Position numbers and translations under genes: made by a program
Shown here: one piece after another, positions 24,458 through 34,600 of the stretch
Position numbering within the stretch: the stretch's first letter is position 1
Layout: each line of letters starts with the position of its first letter
The notes under the pieces: generated by a model
What the model saw: the letters and a program-made list of their open reading frames with translations, nothing else
Databases searched by the model: none
What the model was told of the DNA's origin: nothing
DNA from: Candidatus Nitricultor lacus
Lineage (GTDB): Bacteria > Atribacterota > Atribacteria > Atribacterales > Atribacteraceae
Direction: 5' to 3'
Assembly: GCA_007128145.1 (NCBI GenBank)
Contig: SKXZ01000224.1
Location: 1-37,836, forward strand
DNA length: 37,836 nucleotides

Positions 24458-25371
24458 CTGATTTTTGAAAGATCATACGGAGTTTCCTGGTAGACATAGT
24501 AGTTGAGCCAGTTGACATAGAGAAGATTGGCATGACCCCGCCAGCGCACAACCGGTTCGCGGGTGGGATCATCATCGGGATAGTAATTTTTCGGAATGGT
24601 GATCGGAAGATTCTTCAACAAGTCCCGTTCATATTCGGTATGCAGGGTAAAAGGGTCATACTCCGAATGGCCGGTAACGAAAACCTGCCGTTCGTCATGG
24701 CTTAAAACCACATACACGCCGGCTTCCTCGGACTCTGAAAGTATCTCCAATGCGTTTATGTGTTCTATATCGCTCCGGCGCACCTCGGTATGACGGGAAT
24801 GAGGTGCATAAAATTCATCATCGAATCCGCGAAAGAGCTTGACGTATTTACGGTTCACCCTGTGAGGAAATACCCCGAACATCTTGGCCGGCAAAGGATA
24901 CTTTGGTATTCCATAGTGGTAATACATACCGGCCTGGGCACCCCAGCAAATGTGAAAAGTGGAGAACACGTTATGCTTTGACCATTCCATGATCTCAGTT
25001 AATTCATCCCAGTAGGCTACTTCCTCAAAAGGAAGATGTTCCACCGGCGCACCGGTTATCACCAAACCATCGAACTTTTCCTCCCGTATTTGGTCAAAAG
25101 TCCGGTAGAAGGAAAGCAAATGTTCGGCCGGCGTATTGGTGGGTTGGTAGCTATTGGTCTGCAAAAGGATAATTTCCACCTGCAGAGGGGAGTTCCCTAA
25201 AAGCCGCAGGATCTGTGTCTCCGTGACAATTTTTGTCGGCATGAGGTTCAAAAGAACTATTCGAAGAGGCCGTATGTCCTGATGATAGGCACGCTCTTCT
25301 TCCATAACAAATATATTTTCGCTAATCAACGTCTGCCGGGCCGGCAATTCGTTGGGTATTTTAATCGGCAT
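24454..25371 (-). CDS. metA: Homoserine O-acyltransferase (MetA family)
   Basis: Start at ATG 25371 gives the canonical [12 protein letters not shown]-terminus. The catalytic region is HICWGAQAG. Confidence 0.9.
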   Translation of the reverse strand: MPIKIPNELPARQTLISENIFVMEEERAYHQDIRPLRIVLLNLMPTKIVTETQILRLLGNSPLQVEIILLQTNSYQPTNTPAEHLLSFYRTFDQIREEKFDGLVITGAPVEHLPFEEVAYWDELTEIMEWSKHNVFSTFHICWGAQAGMYYHYGIPKYPLPAKMFGVFPHRVNRKYVKLFRGFDDEFYAPHSRHTEVRRSDIEHINALEILSESEEAGVYVVLSHDERQVFVTGHSEYDPFTLHTEYERDLLKNLPITIPKNYYPDDDPTREPVVRWRGHANLLYVNWLNYYVYQETPYDLSKIS

Positions 25372-25382
25372 CGTACATCCTC

Positions 25383-26681
25383 CTACGTTGTATCCAGGGC
25401 TTGTGAAAGATCCACTTTTATATCGTCGATATGTTCGATCCCTACTGATAACCTCACTAAATCCTGGGTTATTCCACACTCATGCTGGTCCTCGACAGTG
25501 AGCTGGGAATGCGTGGTGGTTGCCGGATGAATGGCCAGACTTTTAGCGTCACCAACATTAGCAAGATGAGAAAAAAGCCGCAATGATTCGATAAAAGTTT
25601 GGCCTGCCCGTACTCCTCCTTCGATCCCGAACACCACCATGCCGCCGAAACCTTTTTTGAGATACTTCCTTGCGACCGGGTAGGTGGGATCATCAGGTAG
25701 ACCGGGATAGCGTACCCACTTCACCTTGGGATGCTCCTTTAAAAACTGGGCAACTGCCAGGGCGTTTTGAGAATGCCTTTCCATGCGCAGGGCAAGAGTT
25801 TCTATGCCCTGCAAAAACATCCAGGCGTTGTCGGGGGAAAGGCAGGAACCGAGATTTCTCAGCGGCACCAGGCGCATGCGCACAGTAAATGCTATGGGAG
25901 ACAACGGACCGAGGTCATGGGCAAAACGAAGGTCATGGTAACTCCCATCAGGCAGGTTGAAGAGCGTGAACTTGGGGTCCGTCCAATCGAAACGCCCCGC
26001 GTCAACCACTATTCCCCCAATTCCGGTTCCATGTCCCCCCAGCCACTTGGTAAGGGAGTGCACCACGATATCAGCTCCATGATCTATCACCTGCAAGAGA
26101 TAAGGAGTGGTAAAAGTGGAATCCACTACGAAGGGGAGGTGGTGTTTCTTGCATATCCGGGAAACCTCTTCGAGATCAGTACAGTCAAGTGACGGATTCC
26201 CGATGGTTTCAACAAAGACCGCTTTTGTTTTCTTGTTTATTACACGGTTAAAATTTTTTGGGTTCGATGGATCTACGAATCGTACAGTAATGCCAAATTG
26301 GGGGAGAATATCATGAAACATGGTGAAGGTTCCGCCGTAGAGGTTGGCGGCGGAGACAACTTCATCGCCGTTTTGGGCGAGATTAATAATGGTATTGAAA
26401 ATGGCCGCGGTCCCGGAGGAGAGCGCAAGGGCTGCTTTTCCTCCTTCGAGGGCAGCCATGCGCTTTTCTAATACATCATGGGTAGGATTCATAAGGCGGG
26501 TGTAGATATTTCCAAGTTCCCGGAGAGCGAACAGGTCCGCCGCATGCTCTGTGTCCCGGAAAACGTATGAACTGGTACGGTATACGGGTACACCGCGGGA
26601 AAGCGTTTCACTGTCAGGAACATGTCCTGCGTGCAAAGCCATGGTTTCGAAATGGGCTCTTTCAGTTAATTGTTCGTTCAT
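25383..26681 (-). CDS. metY: O-acetylhomoserine sulfhydrylase (PLP-dependent Cys/Met metabolism family)
   Basis: 432 aa with the PLP-lysine context [11 protein letters not shown] and the typical N-terminus FETMALHAG. Confidence 0.85.
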   Translation of the reverse strand: MNEQLTERAHFETMALHAGHVPDSETLSRGVPVYRTSSYVFRDTEHAADLFALRELGNIYTRLMNPTHDVLEKRMAALEGGKAALALSSGTAAIFNTIINLAQNGDEVVSAANLYGGTFTMFHDILPQFGITVRFVDPSNPKNFNRVINKKTKAVFVETIGNPSLDCTDLEEVSRICKKHHLPFVVDSTFTTPYLLQVIDHGADIVVHSLTKWLGGHGTGIGGIVVDAGRFDWTDPKFTLFNLPDGSYHDLRFAHDLGPLSPIAFTVRMRLVPLRNLGSCLSPDNAWMFLQGIETLALRMERHSQNALAVAQFLKEHPKVKWVRYPGLPDDPTYPVARKYLKKGFGGMVVFGIEGGVRAGQTFIESLRLFSHLANVGDAKSLAIHPATTTHSQLTVEDQHECGITQDLVRLSVGIEHIDDIKVDLSQALDTT

Positions 26682-26695
26682 GATATATTTCCTCT

Positions 26696-27631
26696 CTATA
26701 TTTTTTCTTCTTCAAAGAGCCAGGTACTCAGATAGCGTTCTCCCGAGGAAGGAGCCACGGTAACGATAATTTTTCCTTCACTCTCCGGTCGGGAAGCGAT
26801 TTGTAAAGCCGCCCATACATTGGCTCCGGTTGAGATCCCACCCAGTATTCCTTCCTCCTGTGCCAGCCGGCGAGCGGTAGTTCCCGCGTCTTCGTGACGA
26901 ACGGTTATGATTTCATCAATCACGGAAGTGTTGAGCACCTCGGGGATAAAACCCGCGCCGATGCCCTGTATCTTGTGTGAACCCGGTTTTCCTCCCGAAA
27001 GCACGGGAGAATCGGCAGGTTCGACGGCGACCACCCGTAGGGATTTCCTGCGGGGTTTCAGTACTTCCCCCACACCGGTTATGGTCCCACCTGTCCCGAC
27101 ACCGGCCACGAATACATCAACTTCTCCCCCTGTATCCTGCCAGATTTCTTCAGCAGTGGTAAGCCGGTGTACTTCGGGATTGGCAGGATTGGTAAACTGC
27201 TGCGGCACAAAGGAATCCGGGATTTCTTTTGCCAGCTCTTCCGCTTTTGCCACCGCTCCACGCATTCCCCTGGCGCCTTCGGTAAGAACGAGTTCAGCCC
27301 CAAACGCCTTGAGCAGTTTCCGTCTTTCAATGCTCATCGTATCGGGCATGGTCAACACAAGCCGATAACCTCGGGCGGCACAAACAAACGCCAGGGCGAT
27401 ACCGGTGTTGCCACTGGTCGGTTCTATTATCGTGGTGTCCTTGCTTATACGGCCTTCTTTTTCCGCCGTATCTATCATGGCAAGGCCTATGCGATCCTTT
27501 ACGCTGGCTAATGGATTATACATCTCCATCTTGAGAAGAATCGCCACCCTCTTATCCGGGGTGAGGGTATTCAACCTCACCAGCGGAGTGTTTCCTACCA
27601 GTTGCGTGATGTCACCGGCGATACGTGTCAT
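26696..27631 (-). CDS. cysK: Cysteine synthase A (O-acetylserine sulfhydrylase)
   Basis: PLP lysine motif [20 protein letters not shown], and the [10 protein letters not shown] glycine loop. Confidence 0.9.
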   Translation of the reverse strand: MTRIAGDITQLVGNTPLVRLNTLTPDKRVAILLKMEMYNPLASVKDRIGLAMIDTAEKEGRISKDTTIIEPTSGNTGIALAFVCAARGYRLVLTMPDTMSIERRKLLKAFGAELVLTEGARGMRGAVAKAEELAKEIPDSFVPQQFTNPANPEVHRLTTAEEIWQDTGGEVDVFVAGVGTGGTITGVGEVLKPRRKSLRVVAVEPADSPVLSGGKPGSHKIQGIGAGFIPEVLNTSVIDEIITVRHEDAGTTARRLAQEEGILGGISTGANVWAALQIASRPESEGKIIVTVAPSSGERYLSTWLFEEEKI

Positions 27632-27676
27632 TTTCTCTAACCCCTTTCTCGAGTTCCTGGAAAATAAGCCGCACGG

Positions 27677-28114
27677 TCAGATGGAAAAATCGAGCGTGAG
27701 GCATTTTTTCTTTCCCAGTTCCACCGCATCCTGCAAAGTCAACTTTGCAAGAGCTTTTTCTATTTCCACCTTTACTCCTATCCAGACTTCCCGTGCCACA
27801 CATTCGCTCACACGGCTGCATGATGTTCCCTCCAAGCAATCAGCTGGTATAATCCCTCCCTCGAGAGCTTCGATCACATCCTTGAGAGTAATGTCTGAGG
27901 GTGGACGGGCCAATTTGTACCCCCCACCGGCTCCTCGAACAGATTTCACCAAACCTGCAACTCTCAGCTGTGAAGCTATTTGTCCCAGGTATTTCCCTGA
28001 TATTCCTTCCCTTTTACTCACTTCACGGAGCTGAAGGGGAAAATCTTCCTGTACGTTTCCCGCCAGTTGAAGAAAAAAACGCAGTCCATATCTGGTTCGG
28101 GTGGATAGTTTCAC
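27677..28114 (-). CDS. Rrf2-family transcriptional regulator (CymR/IscR-like)
   Basis: GTG start. The MKLSTRTRYGLRFFLQLA N-terminus and the wHTH are typical of Rrf2. It is the first gene of the cysK-metY-metA operon. Confidence 0.85.
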   Translation of the reverse strand: MKLSTRTRYGLRFFLQLAGNVQEDFPLQLREVSKREGISGKYLGQIASQLRVAGLVKSVRGAGGGYKLARPPSDITLKDVIEALEGGIIPADCLEGTSCSRVSECVAREVWIGVKVEIEKALAKLTLQDAVELGKKKCLTLDFSI

Positions 28115-28135
28115 CAGTCAATTCACCTCTATAAA

Positions 28136-28154
28136 TACTATAATATCTATAGTA
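28136..28154. promoter_or_regulatory. Perfect palindrome, candidate Rrf2 operator overlapping the TSS
   Basis: TACTATA-5 nt-TATAGTA (7 bp arms) lies 2-20 nt downstream of the predicted TSS of the rrf2 promoter. Confidence 0.5.
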
Positions 28155-28162
28155 ATAATATT

Positions 28163-28191
28163 ATATTACTCTCCTGCATAATAATTGTCAA
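28163..28191 (-). promoter_or_regulatory. Consensus-like sigma70 promoter of the rrf2-cysK-metY-metA operon
   Basis: Minus strand: TTGACA (28191-28186), 17 nt spacer, TAATAT (28168-28163). Confidence 0.65.
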
Positions 28192-28312
28192 CGACGATGG
28201 AAGTTGAGACACGATTCATTTTTTTTCTTCTTTCTCCGTTTTTCCGGGGATCGGCCATCTAAACCACCTTCATCGAACTCCTATTGTTGTTATGGAAAGT
28301 CATATACGCAGC

Positions 28313-29740
28313 TTATTCCCCGTCATCCACCACCTCGAAATAACCTGCTATCATGCCCATCCAGCAACTGAACTTGTACCGTCCCGGTGGAGGCGGGTCA
28401 AATTCCACCACCGCTGTTCCCCCTCTCACCAGATCAACTTCCCCTTCAAAAAGATCACGGGAAATAACTGCATCGGTACACCCGCTGAATCCCTGGTCCT
28501 CAATTTCCCACCGTACGGGTACCCCTTCTCTCACTCGTATAAGCTCTGGCTCGTAGGCAAACGCCATGGCCTGCGTGGAAACAACCTGCCTTCTTCCAAC
28601 AAGGGGTGGGAGTTCACTCTCCGTTTGACGAGATGAGGTGAGAGTGCGCGTACGTGCGATCATACCCAAATCAGTGGGACTGGGAAGTCCCAGCATGTTG
28701 AGTTGATAGTTGATGGTAAAAAGAGCGAACACCACCACTATTGTTCCGGCAACCCGTAGAAAAGCCTGTGAATAACGGGGTGAACGGAGAAAATGAACAC
28801 TGGTGAATCCTATACCGACCAAAACCGGAGTAGTCCCCAGGGCAAAAAGAAACAATATTAACGCACCGCTCATTGCGCTCCCGGAGAGCAGAGCGATACC
28901 CTGCACGGTGATGGTAAAACCACAGGGCAAAAAGACCGTGAGTGCCCCCAGCGCAAAGGGCAGGATTCCACCATGCAAACGTCCATGCCCGGAAATACCT
29001 CCCTCAAGCCAGCGCATAAAGGTAAAACGTGAAAAGCCGGGTAACCTCATTCCCAGCATTTGCAGCCCCAGTACAAATATGCATGCCGCAACGGCCATAA
29101 CAACAAGAGCTTGCACCGTATAAGAGAAACGAAACGTGCCTCCCAAAAACCCGAGCACCGCACCAAAACCGGCAAATGCAGCCAATCTTCCCCCGTTAAA
29201 AAGGAGATGAGGAGCCAGTCTGGAGAACCAGGTAGCTTTAGCAGACTGAAAACGATCCATGCTCCTGCTCAACGTAAGAACTATTCCTCCAACCAAAGCC
29301 ACACACCCGGACAAACCCGCCATCAGTCCAAATAGTAAAAAGAATGGAAGAGCGGAATCTGTACCAACCCATATCCGAGCGGTAAAGCCGCTTTGTTCAG
29401 CGGCGTACAAAGCACCGACAATCACTCCTGCAAAGACAACGGGCATAAGCTTCGACCTCAAACCCCTTTGCGGGTGGGCAATAGCTTGTTCACTCAACCG
29501 GTAACCCAACCTGCTTAAAGTCTTTTCTACCTGTTCAAATACCTGATGCCTGCCATCATGTTCCACCATCACTTCTCCGCGGGATAAAGAAGCCACACAA
29601 GATCTCACACCGGGTATTTCGATTACTGCTCTCTCAATGGCCGCTTCACATGAAGGACAATGCATTCCCTCAACATACCAGACGGTTTCACGGAATTCCC
29701 TTTCCTGTGCGTTTTTGGTGTTGTGTCCTTGCCGAGACAT
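28313..29740 (-). CDS. Fusion protein: N-terminal HMA metal-binding domain, polytopic TauE/DsbD_2-like membrane domain and C-terminal cupredoxin-like domain
   Basis: GMHCPSCE (HMA CxxC), about 6-8 TM segments, and a C-terminal beta-rich domain ending FSCWMGMIAGYFEVV (Cys/Met copper-ligand-like). Confidence 0.65.
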   Translation of the reverse strand: MSRQGHNTKNAQEREFRETVWYVEGMHCPSCEAAIERAVIEIPGVRSCVASLSRGEVMVEHDGRHQVFEQVEKTLSRLGYRLSEQAIAHPQRGLRSKLMPVVFAGVIVGALYAAEQSGFTARIWVGTDSALPFFLLFGLMAGLSGCVALVGGIVLTLSRSMDRFQSAKATWFSRLAPHLLFNGGRLAAFAGFGAVLGFLGGTFRFSYTVQALVVMAVAACIFVLGLQMLGMRLPGFSRFTFMRWLEGGISGHGRLHGGILPFALGALTVFLPCGFTITVQGIALLSGSAMSGALILFLFALGTTPVLVGIGFTSVHFLRSPRYSQAFLRVAGTIVVVFALFTINYQLNMLGLPSPTDLGMIARTRTLTSSRQTESELPPLVGRRQVVSTQAMAFAYEPELIRVREGVPVRWEIEDQGFSGCTDAVISRDLFEGEVDLVRGGTAVVEFDPPPPGRYKFSCWMGMIAGYFEVVDDGE

Positions 29741-29889
29741 TATTTCACTCCTCTCTCCTCACAGCAAATATCTTGTGGGAATATTATATATATATAATAA
29801 GTTTAGTAAATATAATATGGTTGAATTCTTTCTTTTTTTTGATTCAATAGTGTACAATTGGTTTTTGAAAGAGAGGGAGGGCTAAGGCT

Positions 29890-30360
29890 ATGAAGAAAAG
29901 CGGAACGGTTATTGAAACGCAAAACGGGTACGCTGTTGTGCGGATGGAGCGTGGCGCTCCGGCTTGCGGAGGGGGAAGCTGTCCCCTGAGTTCTCCCCTT
30001 CTCGATTATTCGTCCTCGAGTTCATTGGAAATACGAGCTGAAAACCCTATGGGAGCTACAGCGGGAGAAAGGGTATGGGTGGAATTATCCGATATGCAGG
30101 CTCTTGGTATCGCTTTTTTCACGTATCTCTTTCCGATAATTCTTGTCATTGGAGTATTCGCGCTCGTCAACTCTCTCTTTCTGCAATGGTGGGTTCAAGC
30201 CACAGCGACAATAGGAGCAGCGGCTTTCGCCTTTTTCATCTTGAAAAGGATGGACAAACTTGCATCTCCCCGTTACCGGGTGGTAGATGTCTTAGGGGAA
30301 GAAATTGACTGTTCTTCCTGTCCTTTGCAAAAAGAAAAAGCGGATGAAGAAACCCAATGA
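29890..30360 (+). CDS. rseC: RseC/MucC-family (SoxR-reducing system component-like) protein
   Basis: The N-terminus G-x-V-x-x...YAVVRMERGAPACGGGSC is followed by two TM helices, which is the RseC_MucC architecture. Confidence 0.6.
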   Translation: MKKSGTVIETQNGYAVVRMERGAPACGGGSCPLSSPLLDYSSSSSLEIRAENPMGATAGERVWVELSDMQALGIAFFTYLFPIILVIGVFALVNSLFLQWWVQATATIGAAAFAFFILKRMDKLASPRYRVVDVLGEEIDCSSCPLQKEKADEETQ

Positions 30361-31355
30361 ACATAGCTTTTTTCGAAGTTACACGACCCCAGGAGGTTTA
30401 CCTCTCCTCTCAATTGAAAGGGTACAATCTTCGTTTTTATCCTGACCCACTACGGGAAAGTGAACTCGATTCGCTTTCTGATATCGAGGTTCTCTCCGTG
30501 TTCATTTCTTCCAGCATCGGGGAAAAAGAACTGGAGCGTCTTCCCCGCCTGCGCTATATCACAACCCGCTCTACTGGAACCGACCATGTAGATGTCGAAA
30601 GATGCAAGAAGCGCGGGATCGCTGTCAGCAACGTTCCTCATTACGGTGAGAACACGGTAGCGGAACATACTTTCGCTCTTATACTGTCATTATCACGTAA
30701 CATTCACCGTGCTTTCCTGCGGACTGAAAAAGGAGATTTCACCATTGCCGGGCTCGAGGGTTTTGACCTGCGGGGCAAAATTTTAGGTGTGGTGGGAACA
30801 GGAAGAATCGGCGTCCATGTCATAAAAATCGCGCAGGGTTTCGGTATGCTCGTGGCTGCATTCGATGCCCATCCCAACCACATTCTCTCGGAGGTGATGG
30901 GTTTTTCCTACACGTCTTTTCCCGAACTTCTCTCCATATCTGATATCGTTTCCCTTCACCTGCCGCTTACCCCACAAACCGTCCACATCATCGATCGTGA
31001 TGCCCTATCAAAAATGAAAAAAGAGGCTCTCCTCATAAATACCGCCAGAGGTGGCCTGGTTGACACAGTGGCTTTAGTTGAAGCTTTGGAAAATGGAAAG
31101 ATTGCCGGTGCCGGACTTGATGTCATAGAGGGGGAAGAGATATTGCGGGAGGAGGATGTTTTATTGCGGGACGAAGACCCCCCGGACACATGGCCACCCC
31201 AGGCCCGCGCCCTCATCGAGCGGGAAGATGTCATGCTTTCTCCCCATATTGGATTCTACAGCAGGGAAGCCGTAAAACGGATACTCTCAGAAACCGCGAA
31301 AAATATCAAAGCGTTTGTGGATGGCGAGGTGCGAAACGAGGTCGCTTCACAATGA
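30357..31355 (+). CDS. D-isomer-specific 2-hydroxyacid dehydrogenase (NAD-binding)
   Basis: GVVGTGRIGVHV Rossmann motif, the NTARGGLVD...E...H catalytic context, and a 4 nt overlap with the rseC-like gene. Confidence 0.85.
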   Translation: MNIAFFEVTRPQEVYLSSQLKGYNLRFYPDPLRESELDSLSDIEVLSVFISSSIGEKELERLPRLRYITTRSTGTDHVDVERCKKRGIAVSNVPHYGENTVAEHTFALILSLSRNIHRAFLRTEKGDFTIAGLEGFDLRGKILGVVGTGRIGVHVIKIAQGFGMLVAAFDAHPNHILSEVMGFSYTSFPELLSISDIVSLHLPLTPQTVHIIDRDALSKMKKEALLINTARGGLVDTVALVEALENGKIAGAGLDVIEGEEILREEDVLLRDEDPPDTWPPQARALIEREDVMLSPHIGFYSREAVKRILSETAKNIKAFVDGEVRNEVASQ

Positions 31356-31384
31356 ATGCAGTGATGGGTGTTGGTGGGCCAGAA

Positions 31385-31607
31385 TGCGGGCCTAGGTGCG
31401 TGAATGCGAAGGGTAAAAGGGGAGCAAAGGCAGTGAGTCGTGAGTAGGGAGTCGTGAGCAGTGGAAAGGTTTAAATGCCGTGAGGAGTAAGGAGTGAGGA
31501 GTAAAAGACTCACTTCTTACGATTCACTGCTCACCGCCTTTATCATTCCCCATTTCAGCTCTTCTCCGCCTCACCTTCCCCGCCCCATCTTCCCCGGCTT
31601 TTATACG
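31385..31607. repeat. Mosaic repeat block between convergent genes (B-like, A inverted 31424-31469, hairpin D 31473-31541, C 31544-31607)
   Basis: It is collinear with 23560-23752. Confidence 0.85.
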
Positions 31608-31626
31608 TCTTACTTCTCCCTGAATT

Positions 31627-34600
31627 TCACCAGACAGCGAGAAAGGTACGAGCCTGGAATGGAGTGAACTCAGCTTCCCAACCGTCGTTTTTAACCGGCC
31701 ATTCCCTCTCATAATCCTCCATGAGGTTGGTTTCCCACAGTTTCAGAGGGGGATCCAGCAAACGAACCTTCACGTGCCGGCGCCTTCCCTGCCTTTCCAC
31801 CAACCGGAAAACGATTCCTTCACCGTTTTCCGCCTTCTTCAGGGCTTCGAGAAAGACCCCTTCTCCTTCAATAGTGATAAAGGAACGAGGGTTTTCATAG
31901 CCAACCTTGGTGTCATCCATATTGAAGGCATGAACGGGCTGGTTGAATTCGGCAGCGCGCTCTATGACTTTCGAGGCGGGAAGATTCCCCCGGTGCGGGT
32001 ACAAGGCATACGAAAAACGATGCGTCCCCCTGTCCGCTGTGGAATCAGGATACAGTGGTGACTTCAAGCAGGTAAGCCGGACGGTACCTCCGCAAAAATC
32101 CACACCATACTTACCATCGTTAAGCAGGGCTATCCCCCAGTCGGCCTCAGAAATGTCAACAAAACGGTGGGCGCATACTTCAAAACGCGCTTCGTCCTGC
32201 TCCGAAGAAGGACTTGTGGGCCGTAAAAGGTAGCCCCACGGAATCTCACATGAGGCGAATTGTGGACGCAAAGAAAAAGGGAACGCCACCTTGAGCAGAG
32301 TATTGCGTTCCTGCCAGTCAATTTCGGTTACAAAATCAAGGCGGTCGAAATCCCGCCATATCCGAACCCGCTGGATGATAGTGGAACGGCCAAACCGCCG
32401 CTCCAGCACAAGTGTGCCGCGTACCGGCCCCGCTTCAGTTACCGCAATGCGGGAAAGGTCGGTTATATCCCATCTCTTATCCTGGTAATAACGGTCAATG
32501 TCCCAGGCATCATGGGCGATCGGCAAATCCTCAAATGCTTGGAAGAGGTTCGCCGTTTCACCCGGAGCAATACACTCCCTCTCAAGCCGTTTATCGAATA
32601 AAGAGCAGATGAGACCGTCGTTATCGAGTATCACTCGAAAATACTCATTTTCAAGCAGTTGTTCTTCCACCCGGAGCCGGGAGGTTTTTTGTTTTCTTTT
32701 CTTTCCCCGCCTGAGCACGGTGCATCCACAAGGCGGTACCGAAACGCCTGAAACCAGCAATTTTCCGTCTTCACTTTGCTGCGTGTCACAGGTTTTCTCT
32801 CCCTGCACGAGGCTGCACTCAAAATCGGAGAGAATCCCGCCCGGCAACCCCAGCGGCTCTTCCCTAGTGTGTGCGAGGAAATTGAACAGGCATATGGAAC
32901 CCTTTTCCGCACGCATTCTTCCCGCTATAAAACGCATGGCGCGTTCCCGCATTTTTTGGCCGTTTTCCAGGATATGCCGGTATGCCGCACGTGCGTCTTC
33001 GTATACGCCTGCGATGGAAGAGCCGGTCAGTATATCATGGAATTGATGGAAGAGAACCTCTTTCCATCCCTCCTCTAACTCTTTCGCCGGATACTCCATG
33101 CCTTCGCGCAGGGCCAAAGAAGCCGCTATTTCCGCTTCATGGTAGAGGATTTCACTCTGCCTGTTGAGCATTTTGATCCACCCCTGGGTGGTATAAGTCC
33201 CGCGATGATACTCGAGATACAGCTCCCCCCTGTAACGTGGAAAATCGGTATTTTTGGATATATCCACCAGAGTGTGAGCGAATTTCTCTACTCCCTCGAA
33301 GCGTACCCGGGGGAGAAAGGGGAAGCGAGGGAGCCGTTGCCCTTTTTCCAGCATTTCCATGGTGGGACCGCCTCCTCCGTCTCCATAACCGAAAGGGAAA
33401 ACCAAGGCGGTATTGTGCCCTTTCTGCCGGTAGTTAGCCCACGTTCCCGCTACTTTTTCCGCCTCCAGTATCCCGTTATAGGTGAAATACGGGAGATCCG
33501 GAGAGTTCGGGGGAGTGGTTATGAAATGGGCAAGCACTTCTGTTCCATCGATTCCTTCCCACCAGAAGGTATCATGAGGAAACGGGTTGAACTGGTTCCA
33601 GCTCAGCTTGGAAGTGATAAACACCTCGATCCCACAGCGGCGAAAAATCTGGGGCAGGTTAGCGTTAAAACCGAACGTGTCAGGAAACCAGGCTACTTTC
33701 GTCTCAACACCGAATTTTTCACGAAAATACCGTTTCCCATAGAGAAGCTGGCGAACCAGGGACTCTCCCCCCGTCAGGTTGCAGTCACACTCCACCCAGG
33801 CCGAGCCGGTAATTTCCCAACGCCCTTCGTTCACTCTTTCCAAAACCTCTCGAAACATGTCCGGGCGGTCCTTGGGAAGCCATGCATACAGCTGGGCCTG
33901 CCCTTGTGAAAACACGAAATTGGGATACCGTTCAAGCAAAGACAGGGCTGTGGAAAAACTCCGCACGGCTTTTTCCCGGGTATGACGAACCCTCCACAAC
34001 CAGGCCAAATCAATATGGCAGTGACCAAAGGCGCTCACTTCTGCAAAAGCATCTCCTGGTAGCGGATTCGAAAGTGAGCGGCGTGCTTCAATAACGGACA
34101 GGTAAAATTCATCGGTTCCGGGTTTTCGGAAATCGATGCGGCCGAGCGCCTCATCCAGGGCATACAGGAGATCGATTCTCCGTTTGTCATCCTCGGGAAG
34201 AGTGAGAGCCGCCTCCAAACAGCACAGGCCATCGAAATACAGCCCTTCTGTTTCCTCGTCCACCAATAAAAGCCTCGGAGGCATATAAAGGTGGGGTTCA
34301 TCTCCCAAACCACTCCATGCCTCGATCCGTATAGTATGTTCGCCGGCTTTAAGCGGTACTTCACGATGATACTTGTCAAGGGCGTGAGCAGGATGCTCGT
34401 CGACCATGACCAAACCTTCAGGACCGAAAAGCTCATGTCCCTCTCCCAAATCACACCTGAGCCGACAAGGACTCCCCACAGGCACATCGAGGGAAAATGA
34501 AAATTCGGCATATCGGTCCCGCCCTCCCCAGCTTTCTCCGGATCTGCCTCTCCTTGTTTCGGCGGATACGAGCTCTTCCCTGGAGAAAGCTTCACGTATA

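Noticed and set aside
25372-27676. SAM riboswitch or T-box leaders for metA, metY and cysK
   Set aside because: The intergenic gaps are only 11, 14 and 45 nt, and the operon leader is about 40 nt. There is no room for such elements, and no conserved cores were seen.
28192-28312. Rho-independent terminator after the HMA-fusion gene (hairpin CUCCG-UUUUUC-CGGGG near 28236-28252)
   Set aside because: On the transcribed (minus) strand the weak 5 bp stem is followed by an A-rich run, not a U-rich one, so the support is not convincing.
29741-29889. Specific promoters or operators in the AT-rich divergent region between the HMA-fusion gene and the rseC-like gene
   Set aside because: Several TATAAT-like hexamers occur, but none has a properly spaced -35 element. 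Only a partial palindrome lies around TGTACA. This is too ambiguous to annotate.
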